Below, piece by piece: positions 26,808 through 38,162 of a stretch of 64,000 nt of DNA. Numbering within the stretch: the stretch's first letter is position 1; each line of letters begins with the position of its first letter. This stretch comes from Chitinophagaceae bacterium (lineage in GTDB: Bacteria; Bacteroidota; Bacteroidia; Chitinophagales; Chitinophagaceae), in assembly GCA_016702745.1 (NCBI GenBank), contig JADJDJ010000001.1:547463-611462 (forward strand), given 5' to 3'. The position numbers and the translations under genes are program-made. The notes beneath the pieces are model-generated. The model had not been told where the DNA came from and searched no databases. It worked only from the letters and a program-made list of their open reading frames with translations.

Positions 26808-29800
26808 ATGTCTTCAACAAAAGTGAACTCAAGGGTGGATTTCGGTAAGATTAAGCACTTAGCTGACGCTCCCGACCTACTTGAAGTGCAAATCCAGTCT
26901 TTCAAAGAGTTTTTCCAGCTGGAAACCACACCTGACAAACGAAACATCGAAGGTTTGTTCCGTGTGTTCAAAGAAAATTTTCCGATAACTGATACCCGGA
27001 ACATCTTCGTTCTGGAGTTCCTGGACTATTTTATTGATCCGCCCCGTTATACCATCGAAGAGTGTATGGAGCGGGGGCTTACCTATGCAGTTCCCCTGAA
27101 AGCCAAACTGCGCCTCAGCTGTAATGATGAGGAGCACGTGGATTTCCAGACGATTGTTCAGGACGTATTCCTTGGAAACATTCCTTACATGACTCCCCGT
27201 GGTACTTTCGTTATCAACGGAGCTGAAAGGGTGGTGGTATCCCAGTTGCATCGTTCTCCCGGCGTATTCTTTGGTCAATCTGTTCACCCGAACGGCACGA
27301 AGATTTATTCCGCCCGTGTGATCCCCTTCAAGGGCGCCTGGATGGAATTTGCAACCGACATCAACAATGTGATGTACGCATACATCGACCGGAAGAAGAA
27401 ATTCCCGGTGACCACGCTGTTGCGTTCTATCGGCTATGAAATTGATAAGGATATCCTTGAACTCTTCGGCATGGCCGATGAAGTAAAGGTGGAGAAGAAA
27501 AACATGGGCAACTATGTAGGCAAACGCCTCGCTGCCCGTGTACTCCGTACCTGGGTAGAGGATTTTGTGGATGAAGACACCGGTGAAGTAGTATCCATCG
27601 AAAGGAATGAAATCGTGATGGAAAGGGATACTGTTCTGGATGAAGAAGCCCTGAACACGATCCTGGATATGGAAGTGAAGAGCATCTTTATTCAGCGTGA
27701 AGATGTAGGTGGTGATTATGCAATCATCTACAATACCCTGAACAAGGATACTTCCAACAGTGAACTGGAAGCGGTTCAGTTTATCTATCGCCAGTTACGC
27801 GGTGCAGATGCTCCGGATAATGAAACTGCCCGTGGTATCATTGATAAATTATTCTTCAGCGACAAACGTTATGACCTCGGTGAAGTAGGCCGTTACAAGA
27901 TCAACCGCAAACTGAATCTGGACCTGCCGCTGGATAAGAAAACATTAACCCGTGAGGACATCATCCTCATCATTAAATACCTGGTGAAACTCACGAACGG
28001 TAAAGCAGAGATCGATGATATCGATCACCTGAGTAACCGTCGTGTACGTACCGTGGGAGAGCAGCTCTACGCTCAGTTCGGCGTAGGTCTGGCCCGTATG
28101 GCCCGTACGATCCGTGAAAGAATGAACGTAAGGGATAACGAGGTGTTTACCCCGGTTGATCTGATCAACGCAAGAACACTTTCTTCTGTGATCAATTCCT
28201 TCTTTGGAACCTCACAGTTATCGCAGTTCCTGGATCAGACCAACCCACTCTCTGAAATCACACACAAACGCCGTATCTCCGCCCTCGGGCCCGGAGGTCT
28301 GAGCCGTGAGCGTGCCGGTTTCGAGGTTCGTGACGTACACTATTCCCACTACGGTCGTCTTTGTACGATTGAAACACCGGAAGGTCCGAACATTGGTCTG
28401 ATCTCCACACTTTGTGTGCATGCCAAGATCAATGATATGGGCTTTATTGAAACCCCTTACCGCAAGGTGAAGGAAGGTAAAGTAAACATGAAGGAACTGT
28501 CCTTCCTCAGTGCAGAAGAAGAAGACCTGGCTAAAATTGCCCAGGCCAACTCGCTGCTGAATGAGAAAGGAGAGTTTACTGAAGATAAAATTGTGAGCCG
28601 CCAGACCGGTGACTTCCCGATTCTTGAAAAAGATGAAGTGGAATTCATGGACGTAGCCCCCAACCAGATTGTGGGACTGAGCGCCTCCCTGATTCCGTTC
28701 CTTGAGCACGATGACGCCAACCGTGCCCTGATGGGATCAAACATGCAACGCCAGGCCGTTCCGCTGATCCGTCCTGATGTACCGATTGTAGGTACAGGTC
28801 TGGAAGGAAAAGCGGCCCGGGATGCAAGGATTCAGATTCACTCTGATGGAAACGGTGTGGTTGAATTTGTGGATGCGAATGAAATTCATGTTCGCTACGA
28901 CAGGGATGAAGATGAGAAACTGGTGAGCTTTGAAGATGATCTGCGTATCTATCGTTTGACCAAATTTATCAAGACCAACCAGGAAACCTGTATCAACCTG
29001 AAGCCTGCTGTGAAGAAAGGCCAGAAGGTGAAGCGCGGTGACTTCCTTACAGAAGGTTATGCCACTCAGGGTGGTGAACTCGCCCTTGGTAAAAACCTGA
29101 AAGTGGCCTTCATGCCATGGAAGGGTTACAACTTCGAGGATGCGATTGTAATCAGTGAGAGAGTGGTGAAAGAAGATATGTTTACTTCTGTACACATTTC
29201 CGAATATGAACTGGAAGTAAGGGATACCAAACTGGGTGAAGAAGAACTGACCCCGGATATTCCGAACGTATCAGAAGAAGCCACCAAGGACCTCGATGAA
29301 AACGGTATCATCCGTATCGGCGCCCAGGTGAAAGAAGGTGATATCCTGATTGGTAAGATCACGCCGAAAGGAGAAAGTGATCCTACACCGGAAGAAAAAC
29401 TGCTGCGCGCCATCTTTGGTGATAAAGCAGGTGATGCCAAAGATGCTTCCCTGAAAGCACCAAATGGAGTAGAAGGGGTGGTGATCGGTAAGAAGTTATT
29501 CCAGCGTGCCAAGAAAGATAAGAATGCCAAAGTAAGAGAGAAAGCGGCGATGGAAAAGCTGGAGAGAATGCACGAGAAGAATGAGAATGACCTGAAAGAG
29601 GTGTTGCTGGAAAAACTCACAACCCTGCTGGCCAACTTTACTTCTGCCGGTGTGAGCAACAACTTCGGTGAAATGCAGATTGGTAAAGGGGCCCGTTTCA
29701 CAGATAAAAATCTGCGCGGACTGGATTATGCCAATATCAATCCGCTGGGCTGGACCAGTGACAAGAAAACTGATGACGCGATCAATACCCTCCTGCACAA

Positions 29801-30611
29801 CTATAATATCAAGTTCAACGAAGAACTGGGTCGTTACAAGCGGGAGAAATTCAACATCAGCATTGGTGATGAATTACCAGCCGGTGTATTGAAACTGGCC
29901 AAAGTATATCTCGCTGTGAAGCGTAAGCTGAAAGTGGGTGATAAAATGGCCGGTCGTCACGGTAACAAAGGTATCGTCGCCAAGATCGTGCGTCAAGAGG
30001 ATATGCCGTTCCTGGAAGATGGAACACCAGTGGATGTGGTTCTGAACCCACTGGGGGTACCAAGCCGTATGAACCTCGGTCAGATCTACGAAACCATCCT
30101 TGGATGGACCGGAGAGAAACTGGGACTGAAATTTGCGACGCCGATCTTCGACGGAGCATCTGTAGAGGAAATTGCCAGCTATTGCGAACAGGCGAATATT
30201 CCGATGTACGGTCACACTTATCTGAGTGATGGAGAAACCGGAGAGCGTTTCCACCAGAAAGCAACCGTAGGGATCATCTATGTGATCAAACTGCACCACA
30301 TGGTGGATGACAAGATGCACGCCCGTTCCATCGGACCCTACAGTCTTATTACACAGCAGCCGCTGGGTGGTAAGGCACAGTTCGGTGGTCAGCGCTTCGG
30401 AGAGATGGAGGTTTGGGCACTCGAGGCTTATGGTGCTTCCAACATCCTGCAGGAACTGCTCACGATCAAGTCCGATGATATTATCGGCCGTGCAAAGACT
30501 TACGAGTCGATTGTAAAAGGTGATAATGTTCCTAGGGCAGGTGTACCGGAATCATTCAATGTACTGGTGCATGAACTGAGAGGCCTTGGACTTGACCTGA
30601 AATTTGACTAA
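26808..30611 (+). CDS. rpoB: DNA-directed RNA polymerase beta subunit
   Basis: 1267 aa with [45 protein letters not shown] and [18 protein letters not shown]. Confidence 0.99.
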   Translation: MSSTKVNSRVDFGKIKHLADAPDLLEVQIQSFKEFFQLETTPDKRNIEGLFRVFKENFPITDTRNIFVLEFLDYFIDPPRYTIEECMERGLTYAVPLKAKLRLSCNDEEHVDFQTIVQDVFLGNIPYMTPRGTFVINGAERVVVSQLHRSPGVFFGQSVHPNGTKIYSARVIPFKGAWMEFATDINNVMYAYIDRKKKFPVTTLLRSIGYEIDKDILELFGMADEVKVEKKNMGNYVGKRLAARVLRTWVEDFVDEDTGEVVSIERNEIVMERDTVLDEEALNTILDMEVKSIFIQREDVGGDYAIIYNTLNKDTSNSELEAVQFIYRQLRGADAPDNETARGIIDKLFFSDKRYDLGEVGRYKINRKLNLDLPLDKKTLTREDIILIIKYLVKLTNGKAEIDDIDHLSNRRVRTVGEQLYAQFGVGLARMARTIRERMNVRDNEVFTPVDLINARTLSSVINSFFGTSQLSQFLDQTNPLSEITHKRRISALGPGGLSRERAGFEVRDVHYSHYGRLCTIETPEGPNIGLISTLCVHAKINDMGFIETPYRKVKEGKVNMKELSFLSAEEEDLAKIAQANSLLNEKGEFTEDKIVSRQTGDFPILEKDEVEFMDVAPNQIVGLSASLIPFLEHDDANRALMGSNMQRQAVPLIRPDVPIVGTGLEGKAARDARIQIHSDGNGVVEFVDANEIHVRYDRDEDEKLVSFEDDLRIYRLTKFIKTNQETCINLKPAVKKGQKVKRGDFLTEGYATQGGELALGKNLKVAFMPWKGYNFEDAIVISERVVKEDMFTSVHISEYELEVRDTKLGEEELTPDIPNVSEEATKDLDENGIIRIGAQVKEGDILIGKITPKGESDPTPEEKLLRAIFGDKAGDAKDASLKAPNGVEGVVIGKKLFQRAKKDKNAKVREKAAMEKLERMHEKNENDLKEVLLEKLTTLLANFTSAGVSNNFGEMQIGKGARFTDKNLRGLDYANINPLGWTSDKKTDDAINTLLHNYNIKFNEELGRYKREKFNISIGDELPAGVLKLAKVYLAVKRKLKVGDKMAGRHGNKGIVAKIVRQEDMPFLEDGTPVDVVLNPLGVPSRMNLGQIYETILGWTGEKLGLKFATPIFDGASVEEIASYCEQANIPMYGHTYLSDGETGERFHQKATVGIIYVIKLHHMVDDKMHARSIGPYSLITQQPLGGKAQFGGQRFGEMEVWALEAYGASNILQELLTIKSDDIIGRAKTYESIVKGDNVPRAGVPESFNVLVHELRGLGLDLKFD

Positions 30612-30669
30612 GGACAAACGGCTTTGCGGAATCGATCAACAACAATTTTAACGACAACAGACAAATAAC

Positions 30670-33600
30670 ATGGCAATCAAAAAAGAAAATCGTCCAAAAG
30701 CAGGTTTTTCACAGATCACCATCGGACTGGCTTCACCGGATACCATCCTGGAAAGAAGCTATGGCGAGATCCTGAAACCTGAAACGATTAACTACCGTAC
30801 TTACAAACCTGAAAGAGATGGTTTGTTCTGCGAAAGGATCTTTGGCCCTGTAAAAGATTATGAGTGCGCCTGCGGTAAGTACAAAAGAATCCGTTACAAA
30901 GGAATTGTGTGTGACCGCTGCGGTGTGGAAGTAACAGAAAAGAAAGTGCGTCGCGAAAGAATGGGACACATCAAACTGGTGGTACCTGTGGTGCATATCT
31001 GGTATTTTAAATCACTGCCAAATAAAATCGGTTACCTCCTGGGAGTTAGCTCCAAGAAACTGGAGACCATCGTATACTATGAAAGGTATGTGGTGATCCA
31101 GCCTGGTATCCGTGTGGACAAAGGACAGAATTACGGCGATCTGCTGACCGAGGAAGAATACCTCGATATCCTGGAAACTTTACCAAAGGATAATCAATAC
31201 CTGCCTGATGATGATCCGAATAAGTTCATTGCCAAGATGGGTGCAGAAGCTGTACATGATATGCTGCAGCGCATCGATCTGGATCAGTTATCATTTGACC
31301 TGCGTAATGCAGCCGCTACTGAAACTTCACAGCAAAGGAAAGCCGATGCCCTGAAGCGTTTGAGTGTGGTGGAAGCATTCCGTGATGCCAATACAAGAAT
31401 CACAAACCGTCCGGAATGGATGGTGATGCAATACATCCCCGTTATTCCTCCGGAACTGCGTCCGCTGGTTCCTCTGGATGGTGGCCGTTTCGCCTCTTCT
31501 GATCTGAACGACCTTTATCGTCGTGTGATCATTCGTAATAATCGTCTGAAGCGTTTGCTGGAAATCAAAGCACCTGAAGTCATCCTTCGTAACGAAAAAA
31601 GGATGTTACAGGAAGCCGTTGACTCTCTCTTTGATAACAGCCGTAAATCCAATGCCGTGAAGGCAGAGGGTGGAAGGGCCCTGAAATCACTGAGTGATGT
31701 ATTGAAAGGTAAGCAGGGACGTTTCCGTCAGAACCTCTTGGGTAAAAGGGTTGACTACTCCGGTCGTTCTGTAATCGTGGTAGGTCCTGAACTGAAACTG
31801 CATGAGTGCGGTCTGCCAAAAGATATGGCGGCCGAACTGTTCAAGCCGTTTATCATTCGTAAACTGATTGAAAGGGGTATCGTTAAAACCGTGAAGTCTG
31901 CCCGTAAACTGGTAGACAAGAAGGAAGCGGTGGTATGGGATATCCTTGAAAATATTCTGAAAGGTCACCCGGTCATGCTGAACCGTGCCCCAACACTGCA
32001 CCGTTTATCAATCCAGGCCTTCCAGCCCAAACTGATTGAAGGAAAAGCGATCCAGTTGCACCCGCTCGTATGTACGGCCTTCAACGCCGACTTCGATGGT
32101 GACCAGATGGCGGTACACGTACCTCTGAGTCATGCGGCTATTCTGGAAGCGCAGTTACTGATGCTGGCCTCTCATAATATCCTGAACCCGCAGAATGGTA
32201 CACCAATCACCCTTCCTTCTCAGGACATGGTGTTGGGTCTGTACTATATCACCAAGGGTAAGAAAACAACAGATAAGGAAATTGTAAGAGGTGAAGGAAA
32301 GATCTTCTATTCTGCAGAAGAAGTAATCATTGCCAATAACGAAAGAGTAGTAGACCTGCATGCATGGATCAAGGTGAAAGCCAATATCCGGAATGCGGAT
32401 GGGCTGCTCGAACATAAATTAATTGAAACTACGGTTGGTCGTGTGATATTTAATCAGCACGTACCGGCAGAAGTTGGATTTGTAAATGCCCTGCTCACCA
32501 AGAAAAACCTCCGGGAAATCATTGGTGACATCATCCGCATCACCAACGTTCCCAAAACAGCCAAGTTCCTGGATGATATCAAGCAGCTCGGATTCCGTAC
32601 TGCCTTCCAGGGTGGACTGTCGTTCAACATCAATGACCTGATCATTCCAGATGTGAAGGAAGAAATGCTGGACAACGCCAAATTGGAAGTTGATGAAGTG
32701 TGGGAAAGCTATAACATGGGTCTGATCACCAACAACGAACGTTATAACCAGATTGTGGATATATGGAGCCGTGTGGATACCCGAATCACTGAAACCCTGA
32801 TCCGTGAACTCGCGAATGATAAGCAGGGCTTTAACTCTGTTTATATGATGCTGGATTCCGGAGCCCGTGGTTCCAAACAGCAGATCAAACAGCTGGCTGG
32901 TATCAGGGGATTGATGGCCAAACCAAGGAAGTCCGGTTCAACCGGTTCCGAGATCATCGAGAACCCGATCCTTTCCAACTTTAAAGGTGGTCTGAACGTA
33001 TTGGATTACTTTATCTCCACCCACGGTGCCCGTAAAGGTCTGGCGGATACGGCCCTTAAAACAGCCGATGCCGGTTACCTGACCCGTCGTCTGGTGGATG
33101 TGGCCCAGGATGTGGTAATCACTGAAGAAGATTGCGGTACCCTCCGTGGTATCGGTACTTCTGCCCTGAAGGATAATGAAGATGTCATCGAACCGCTCAG
33201 CGACAGGATCTGGGGACGTACCTCATTACATGATGTATATGACCCAATGTCCGATAACCTGATCATTGCGGCCGGAGATGAGATCACTGCAGATATTGCA
33301 CGTAAGATTGAAGAAGCAGGTATTGAGATCGTGGAGATCCGGTCAGTACTGACTTGTGAAAGCAAGCGTGGTGTGTGTGTGAAATGTTATGGTAAGAACC
33401 TGGCCAGCGGTAATCTCGCACAGAAAGGAGATGCCGTGGGTATCATTGCGGCTCAGTCCATCGGTGAGCCGGGTACACAGCTGACCCTCCGTACCTTCCA
33501 CGTGGGTGGTGTTGCGGGTTCTGCATCTGTTGAATCAACCTTACTGGCGAAATTCGAAGGTACCATCCAGTTCGATGGTCTTCGTACCGTAATCGTAACC

Positions 33601-34962
33601 AATAACGATGGTGGTAAAGCACCTGTGGTTATTGGTCGTACCGGTGAGGTAAGGATCATTGATACCAAGAATGATCGTCTCCTGATCACGAATAATATCC
33701 CTTATGGTGCCACGTTGAACGTGAAAGACGGTCAGAAGGTCAACAAAGGCGATATCCTCTGCTCATGGGATCCGTTTAACAACGTTATCATGGCCGAGAT
33801 TGACGGAGCTGTGAAGTTCGACAACGTAATTGAAGGTATCACTTACCGTGAAGAAGCGGATGAGCAAACCGGTCACCGTGAGAAAGTGGTTATTGAAACC
33901 AAGGATAAAACAAAGATCCCATCCATCATTGTTCAAGGCAAGGATAATAAATCCTATAACCTCCCAACCGGAAGCCATATCATTATGGAAGAAGGGGAAG
34001 AGGTGAAGGCCGGACAAGTGATCGTGAAGATTCCGCGTGTACTGGGTAAACTCCGTGATATCACCGGTGGTCTGCCCCGTGTAACAGAACTCTTCGAAGC
34101 CCGTAACCCAAGTAACCCAGCGGTTGTATCTGAAATTGATGGTGTGGTTATCATGGGTGCTGTGAAGAGAGGTAACCGGGAAATTCTGATCGAAGCAAAG
34201 GATGGGGTACAGAAAAAATACCTCGTGCCTTTAACCAGACAGATCCTGGCACAGGATGGCGACTTTGTGAAAGCAGGTGTTGCACTCAGTGATGGTCAGA
34301 TCGCGCCTTACGACATTCTTTCTATCAAAGGACCGTTTGCGGTTCAGGAATATGTGGTAAATGAAATCCAGGAGGTTTATCGTTTACAGGGTGTGAAGAT
34401 CAATGACAAACACATTGAAGTAATCGTTCGCCAGATGATGCGTAAAGTAAACATCGTGGATCCGGGAGATACCCGCTTCCTGGAAGATGATCTGGAAGAC
34501 AGGTTCGACTTTGTACAGGAGAACGACTATATCTTCGATAAAAAAGTGGTAACGGAAATAGGTGACAGTGGCAAGCTCCGCGCCGGTCAGATTGTTAGCC
34601 TGCGGGAAGTAAGGGAAGAGAATTCCGTACTCCGCCGAAACGACAAGAAACTGGTAGAATACAGGGATGCCAAACCTGCCACATCTTCACCGACCCTGCT
34701 GGGGATCACCAAGGCCTCACTGGGTGTTCAGAGCTGGATTTCGGCGGCCTCCTTCCAGGAAACCACCAAAGTACTTTCTTCTGCTGCCATCAACGGTAAA
34801 ACAGATGAAATGCTCGGCCTGAAGGAGAATGTGATCACTGGTCACCCGATCCCTGCCGGTTCCGGTCTCCGCGAATTCGACAATATGATCGTGGGTAGCA
34901 AGGAGGAGTACGAACTCCTGCAAACGACCCGTGAAGCCATGGCTTTCGACGAAGAAGAATAA
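30670..34962 (+). CDS. rpoC: DNA-directed RNA polymerase beta-prime subunit
   Basis: 1430 aa with Zn finger [23 protein letters not shown], catalytic [12 protein letters not shown] and the trigger-loop region. Confidence 0.99.
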   Translation: MAIKKENRPKAGFSQITIGLASPDTILERSYGEILKPETINYRTYKPERDGLFCERIFGPVKDYECACGKYKRIRYKGIVCDRCGVEVTEKKVRRERMGHIKLVVPVVHIWYFKSLPNKIGYLLGVSSKKLETIVYYERYVVIQPGIRVDKGQNYGDLLTEEEYLDILETLPKDNQYLPDDDPNKFIAKMGAEAVHDMLQRIDLDQLSFDLRNAAATETSQQRKADALKRLSVVEAFRDANTRITNRPEWMVMQYIPVIPPELRPLVPLDGGRFASSDLNDLYRRVIIRNNRLKRLLEIKAPEVILRNEKRMLQEAVDSLFDNSRKSNAVKAEGGRALKSLSDVLKGKQGRFRQNLLGKRVDYSGRSVIVVGPELKLHECGLPKDMAAELFKPFIIRKLIERGIVKTVKSARKLVDKKEAVVWDILENILKGHPVMLNRAPTLHRLSIQAFQPKLIEGKAIQLHPLVCTAFNADFDGDQMAVHVPLSHAAILEAQLLMLASHNILNPQNGTPITLPSQDMVLGLYYITKGKKTTDKEIVRGEGKIFYSAEEVIIANNERVVDLHAWIKVKANIRNADGLLEHKLIETTVGRVIFNQHVPAEVGFVNALLTKKNLREIIGDIIRITNVPKTAKFLDDIKQLGFRTAFQGGLSFNINDLIIPDVKEEMLDNAKLEVDEVWESYNMGLITNNERYNQIVDIWSRVDTRITETLIRELANDKQGFNSVYMMLDSGARGSKQQIKQLAGIRGLMAKPRKSGSTGSEIIENPILSNFKGGLNVLDYFISTHGARKGLADTALKTADAGYLTRRLVDVAQDVVITEEDCGTLRGIGTSALKDNEDVIEPLSDRIWGRTSLHDVYDPMSDNLIIAAGDEITADIARKIEEAGIEIVEIRSVLTCESKRGVCVKCYGKNLASGNLAQKGDAVGIIAAQSIGEPGTQLTLRTFHVGGVAGSASVESTLLAKFEGTIQFDGLRTVIVTNNDGGKAPVVIGRTGEVRIIDTKNDRLLITNNIPYGATLNVKDGQKVNKGDILCSWDPFNNVIMAEIDGAVKFDNVIEGITYREEADEQTGHREKVVIETKDKTKIPSIIVQGKDNKSYNLPTGSHIIMEEGEEVKAGQVIVKIPRVLGKLRDITGGLPRVTELFEARNPSNPAVVSEIDGVVIMGAVKRGNREILIEAKDGVQKKYLVPLTRQILAQDGDFVKAGVALSDGQIAPYDILSIKGPFAVQEYVVNEIQEVYRLQGVKINDKHIEVIVRQMMRKVNIVDPGDTRFLEDDLEDRFDFVQENDYIFDKKVVTEIGDSGKLRAGQIVSLREVREENSVLRRNDKKLVEYRDAKPATSSPTLLGITKASLGVQSWISAASFQETTKVLSSAAINGKTDEMLGLKENVITGHPIPAGSGLREFDNMIVGSKEEYELLQTTREAMAFDEEE

Positions 34963-34982
34963 TTTTTGGGTAATGGGGCTTT

Positions 34983-34996
34983 GGCAAGTGGCGAGT
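34983..34996. repeat. Heptamers GGCAAGT-GGCGAGT (AGTGG family) just after the rpoC stop
   Basis: AAGTGGCGAGTAGG is the near reverse complement of CCTACTAGCCACTT at about 35087-35100, on the other side of the terminator. Confidence 0.55.
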
Positions 34997-35032
34997 AGGA
35001 AAACCTGAAAATCAGTGTAAATAATTAGTTAA

Positions 35033-35063
35033 AGGAGCAAGTTAAAACTTGCTCCTTTTTTTT
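35033..35063 (+). terminator. Rho-independent terminator after rpoC
   Basis: AGGAGCAAG-TTAAAA-CTTGCTCCT followed by a T8 run. Confidence 0.85.
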
Positions 35064-35085
35064 AGACAGAGACTGAATGGTCAAT

Positions 35086-35127
35086 CCCTACTAGCCACTT
35101 CCCACTAACCACCCCCCACTAGCTCCC
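35086..35127. repeat. Six in-phase heptamers NNCCACT (CCCTACT AGCCACT TCCCACT AACCACC CCCCACT AGCTCCC)
   Basis: Read directly from the sequence. Same family as 44983-45066 and 43648-43668. Confidence 0.8.
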
Positions 35128-35159
35128 TGTTAACTGTTTCATAAAGTAAACCGATTCCC

Positions 35160-35167
35160 TATATTTG
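35160..35167 (+). promoter_or_regulatory. Putative -7 promoter box (TAtaTTTG) for the skp/ompH-like gene
   Basis: Exact TAnnTTTG match 37 nt upstream of the ATG at 35204. Confidence 0.4.
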
Positions 35168-35203
35168 CGGGCCATTCGTTTTTACTTTGCAAAAAGAAGC
35201 CTG

Positions 35204-35809
35204 ATGAAAAATGGTATGATGATATGGAATGTGTTGCTGAGCCTGGTGGCCGGCTTCCTGTTGTTCAAACAACTGAGCCCCTCCGGTAAAGGATCAGGTA
35301 CGTCTAAAAAACAGGGCCATGATTCCGTGGGTAACGGATCAGATTTCCGGATGGCTTATTTTGAAATGGATTCTGTGGCGGCCAGTTTTGACCTGGTAAA
35401 AGAAGTAAAGACCGAACTGGCGAAAAAGGAAAATGCCATCAATGCAGAAGTGGAAAAAATGACCCGGACTTTCCAGCAACGTTATGGTGAATTACAGAAC
35501 AAGGCACAGGCAGGTACGATGAACCAGGGAGAAGTTGACGCCGCCAGTCAGGAGCTGAAGAAAATGGATGATGATATTAAGATCCGTAAATCACAGCTGG
35601 ATCAGGAATACAGTGACCTGATGGTTCGTCGCCAGACAGAAATCAAGAACAAAATTGAAGACTTCCTCAAAGATTATAACAAGACCCGTAAATACTCTTA
35701 TATCATTTCTTACGAACAGGGTCTTTTCTACTTCAGGGATTCAGCGTACAACATCACGGTAGATGTGGTAAAAGGGCTGAACCAGTTCTACAAAAAGAAG
35801 GATAAGTAA
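35204..35809 (+). CDS. OmpH/Skp-family periplasmic chaperone
   Basis: N-terminal TM/signal segment, then a long coiled-coil KE/Q-rich region, then the C-terminus YSYIISYEQGLFYFRDSAYNITVDVVKGLN typical of OmpH. Start trimmed to the ATG at 35204. Confidence 0.8.
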   Translation: MKNGMMIWNVLLSLVAGFLLFKQLSPSGKGSGTSKKQGHDSVGNGSDFRMAYFEMDSVAASFDLVKEVKTELAKKENAINAEVEKMTRTFQQRYGELQNKAQAGTMNQGEVDAASQELKKMDDDIKIRKSQLDQEYSDLMVRRQTEIKNKIEDFLKDYNKTRKYSYIISYEQGLFYFRDSAYNITVDVVKGLNQFYKKKDK

Positions 35810-35838
35810 TCAAATTTATTGTAAGCTTGGTTTAGAGT

Positions 35839-36370
35839 GATTCACCGCGGAGAACAAGAGAACGCAGCGTCTTCGCCCGCAGGGCCCGCAGAGAAACTTA
35901 ACCGCTATGACGCGATGGCGCTAAGAGGGATTCACCGCCCGAAGGGTCCTTTGGACCGAGGTGCAGAGACCGCGGAGTTTTCGCCCGCAGGGCCCTGTGG
36001 GCAGAGAGACTTAACCGCTATGACGCGATGGCGCTAAGAGGGATTTACCGCCCGAAGGGTCCTTTGGACAGAGGTGCAGAGATCGCGGAGTTTTCGCCCG
36101 CAGGGCCTTGTGGGCAGAGATTTTTTGTCCAAAGGACTCTTCGAGCGTTCTTAGCGGGAAAAAATTTGTATTTCGAGCGAAGCGAGAAATCTTGTATTCT
36201 TTCACTTCCCCTGAACTGTCATCCCGAACATAGTGAGGGATCTTGTATTTCAGACTTCTTTGTGGCCTTAGTGTCTTTGCGGGAAAAATTCACCGCGAAG
36301 TACAAGAGAACGCGGAGTCTTAGAGAGGTATTTTTTGTCCAAAGGACTCTTCGAGCTTTCTTAGCGGGAA
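35839..36370. repeat. Repeat-rich non-coding island: 113-bp tandem duplication plus dispersed and inverted sub-repeats
   Basis: Units start at GATTCACCGCCCGAAGGGTCCTTTGGAC (35928) and GATTTACCGCCCGAAGGGTCCTTTGGAC (36041). TTTTTTGTCCAAAGGACTCTTCGAGC occurs at 36120 and 36331 and is inverted relative to GTCCTTTGGAC. A TCACCGCG(G)A(GA/AGT)ACAAGAGAACGC motif occurs at 35841 and 36289. Confidence 0.85.
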
Positions 36371-36436
36371 ACTGAGGAAACTTGCTGGAAACCGCTTTGC
36401 GTCCGCCGCTCCGTAGCGTCCGTTGCGGGAAATCTT

Positions 36437-36444
36437 TACATTTG
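36437..36444 (+). promoter_or_regulatory. Putative -7 promoter box (TAcaTTTG) only 4 nt upstream of the kinase ATG (leaderless-type arrangement)
   Basis: Exact TAnnTTTG match ending at 36444; the ATG is at 36449. Confidence 0.35.
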
Positions 36445-36448
36445 CAAC

Positions 36449-37439
36449 ATGATTGATTTCAGGAAATTATTCGCTTCTTTTTCCGGAATGAAAACCGGGA
36501 TCATCGGTGATGTAATGCTGGATACTTATATGTGGGGCCGGGTGGAAAGAATTTCCCCGGAAGCACCAGTGCCCGTTGTTTCCCTGAATAAAAAAGAATA
36601 CAGGATCGGAGGAGCCGGCAATGTGGCCCTGAACTGTCAGTCACTGGGTGCTGATGTTTCCATACTGTCTGTAACCGGTAATGATACCGACGGACTCCTG
36701 CTGAAAGAATTATTTGAAAGTAATAATATCGATACTTCCTTCCTGGTTCAAAGCAATGAGCGCCGCACCACCAGCAAGACCAGGATCATCAGCCGTAACC
36801 AGCAAATGATGCGGCTGGATGATGAAATTACCAGCAATCTCAATGAAGAAGATGAGGGGGCATTGCTTGAGCAGGTCAGAAAGTATATCGAATCTGAAGA
36901 TCCTGATATTATCATCTTTGAAGATTATAACAAAGGAGTGCTCACTGAATCATTGATTCATGAAGTGACCAAACTGTGCCGGAAGGCCGGGGTGCTGACT
37001 GCTGTAGATCCAAAACGCAAGAACTTCTTTGCCTACCGCAATACAGATATATTTAAACCCAATCTGAAAGAAGTGAAGGAGGCCCTGAACCTGATTGCTG
37101 ATGGCATTTCCCAACCCATGCTGGAAGAAATCCATGCTGAATTAAAGCAACAGCTTGATCACCGGATATCTTTTATACACACTCTCTGAAAAAGGGGTGT
37201 TTTATCAGTTGGATCAGCAAACTGCCATCGTTCCATCTCATCTCAGGAATATTGCCGATGTATCAGGTGCAGGGGATACCGTGATCGCTGTTGCGGCCCT
37301 CGTTTATGCCGCTACCCAAAATGTTCACCTGATGGCTGAAGTGGCAAATATAGCAGGCGGACTGGTTTGCGAAGTGGTAGGTACTGCTTCCATCTCCAAG
37401 GAGCAGTTGCTTCACGAATGTGAACTGTTACTATCCTGA
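36449..37439 (+). pseudogene. D-glycero-beta-D-manno-heptose-7-phosphate kinase (RfaE/HldE domain I, PfkB family), frame broken near 37146-37189
   Basis: The N-terminal part (36449-37189) has GIIGDVMLDTYMWGRVERISPEAPVPVV. The C-terminal part (37155-37439, the frame one nt ahead) has LLYTLSEKGVF...DVSGAGDTVIAVAAL. Together they give about 330 aa, the normal length. Confidence 0.8.
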
Positions 37440-38113
37440 TCTTTTTCAGCTGACTCCATAGCCCTGGCATACAGGTTATTCAACGGAAAATAGACTTCGG
37501 TAACGATTTTTACCAGGGCAAATACCAATACAAAAACAGCTCCCAGTTTAAAGGTCAGGAACATACTGCCCAGGATAACCGTGAATTGCTGAATGATAAT
37601 CCTTCCGTAGGGTTGAAACATCAGCATCAGCATCGGTGCATGCAAATATTCTTTTCGGATTAAAAAAGGCAGCAGATCCCGAAGCAGGTAACTCAGCACA
37701 AATATCAGGAGCATGATCCCGATGTCCTGATTGATGAATTCCCAGAAATGAAAGAAGAAGTATTCAGGACTTTTGCCGGAAGGAGTGATGCCGCTGACTC
37801 CGGCAAAAATGGAGGTTTGAACCAATGTAAAAATGCCATAATGCATGACAAAGAAAACAATGAAGAATAGTCCGCTTACCTTCGATTGCTTTCCCTTATT
37901 ATACCAGGTATCTGTACCCCGGGCCAGAGTAGCCATCAGTAATTTGAAAACGGTCAGGATGCCCAGGATCAGTGTTTCCATTGCATAAACGATAAACACT
38001 TCCACGGCACTCCAACCCATAAACCATACACCATAAACCGGTAACAGGTTGGCCAGGATGATGATCCAGTCATTCCTGCTGAGCTTTTTCTGAAACAAAG
38101 AAGTAGAAGGCAT
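37412..38113 (-). CDS. Hypothetical polytopic membrane protein
   Basis: 233 aa with about 6 hydrophobic helices and no recognised motif. It overlaps the kinase 3' end by 28 nt (convergent). Confidence 0.5.
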   Translation of the reverse strand: MPSTSLFQKKLSRNDWIIILANLLPVYGVWFMGWSAVEVFIVYAMETLILGILTVFKLLMATLARGTDTWYNKGKQSKVSGLFFIVFFVMHYGIFTLVQTSIFAGVSGITPSGKSPEYFFFHFWEFINQDIGIMLLIFVLSYLLRDLLPFLIRKEYLHAPMLMLMFQPYGRIIIQQFTVILGSMFLTFKLGAVFVLVFALVKIVTEVYFPLNNLYARAMESAEKDQDSNSSHS

Positions 38114-38162
38114 GCTACTAAAATAACTAAATTCGCCTTTTCAAATATACCGTATAACACGT

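Noticed and set aside
35837-36375. ORFs 35837-36037 (66 aa) and 36028-36375 (115 aa).
   Set aside because: They are translations of the tandem and inverted repeat island; the same peptide RGI(H/Y)RPKGPLDRGAE(T/I)AEFSPAGPCGQR repeats. They have no start context and no protein-like composition.
37146-37189. Programmed ribosomal frameshift in the heptose kinase, and likewise at 46022 in the sugar transferase.
   Set aside because: There is no X-XXY-YYZ slippery heptamer or downstream structure at either junction. The required shift is a simple 1-nt indel in otherwise contiguous homologous sequence, so a pseudogene or sequencing error is more parsimonious.
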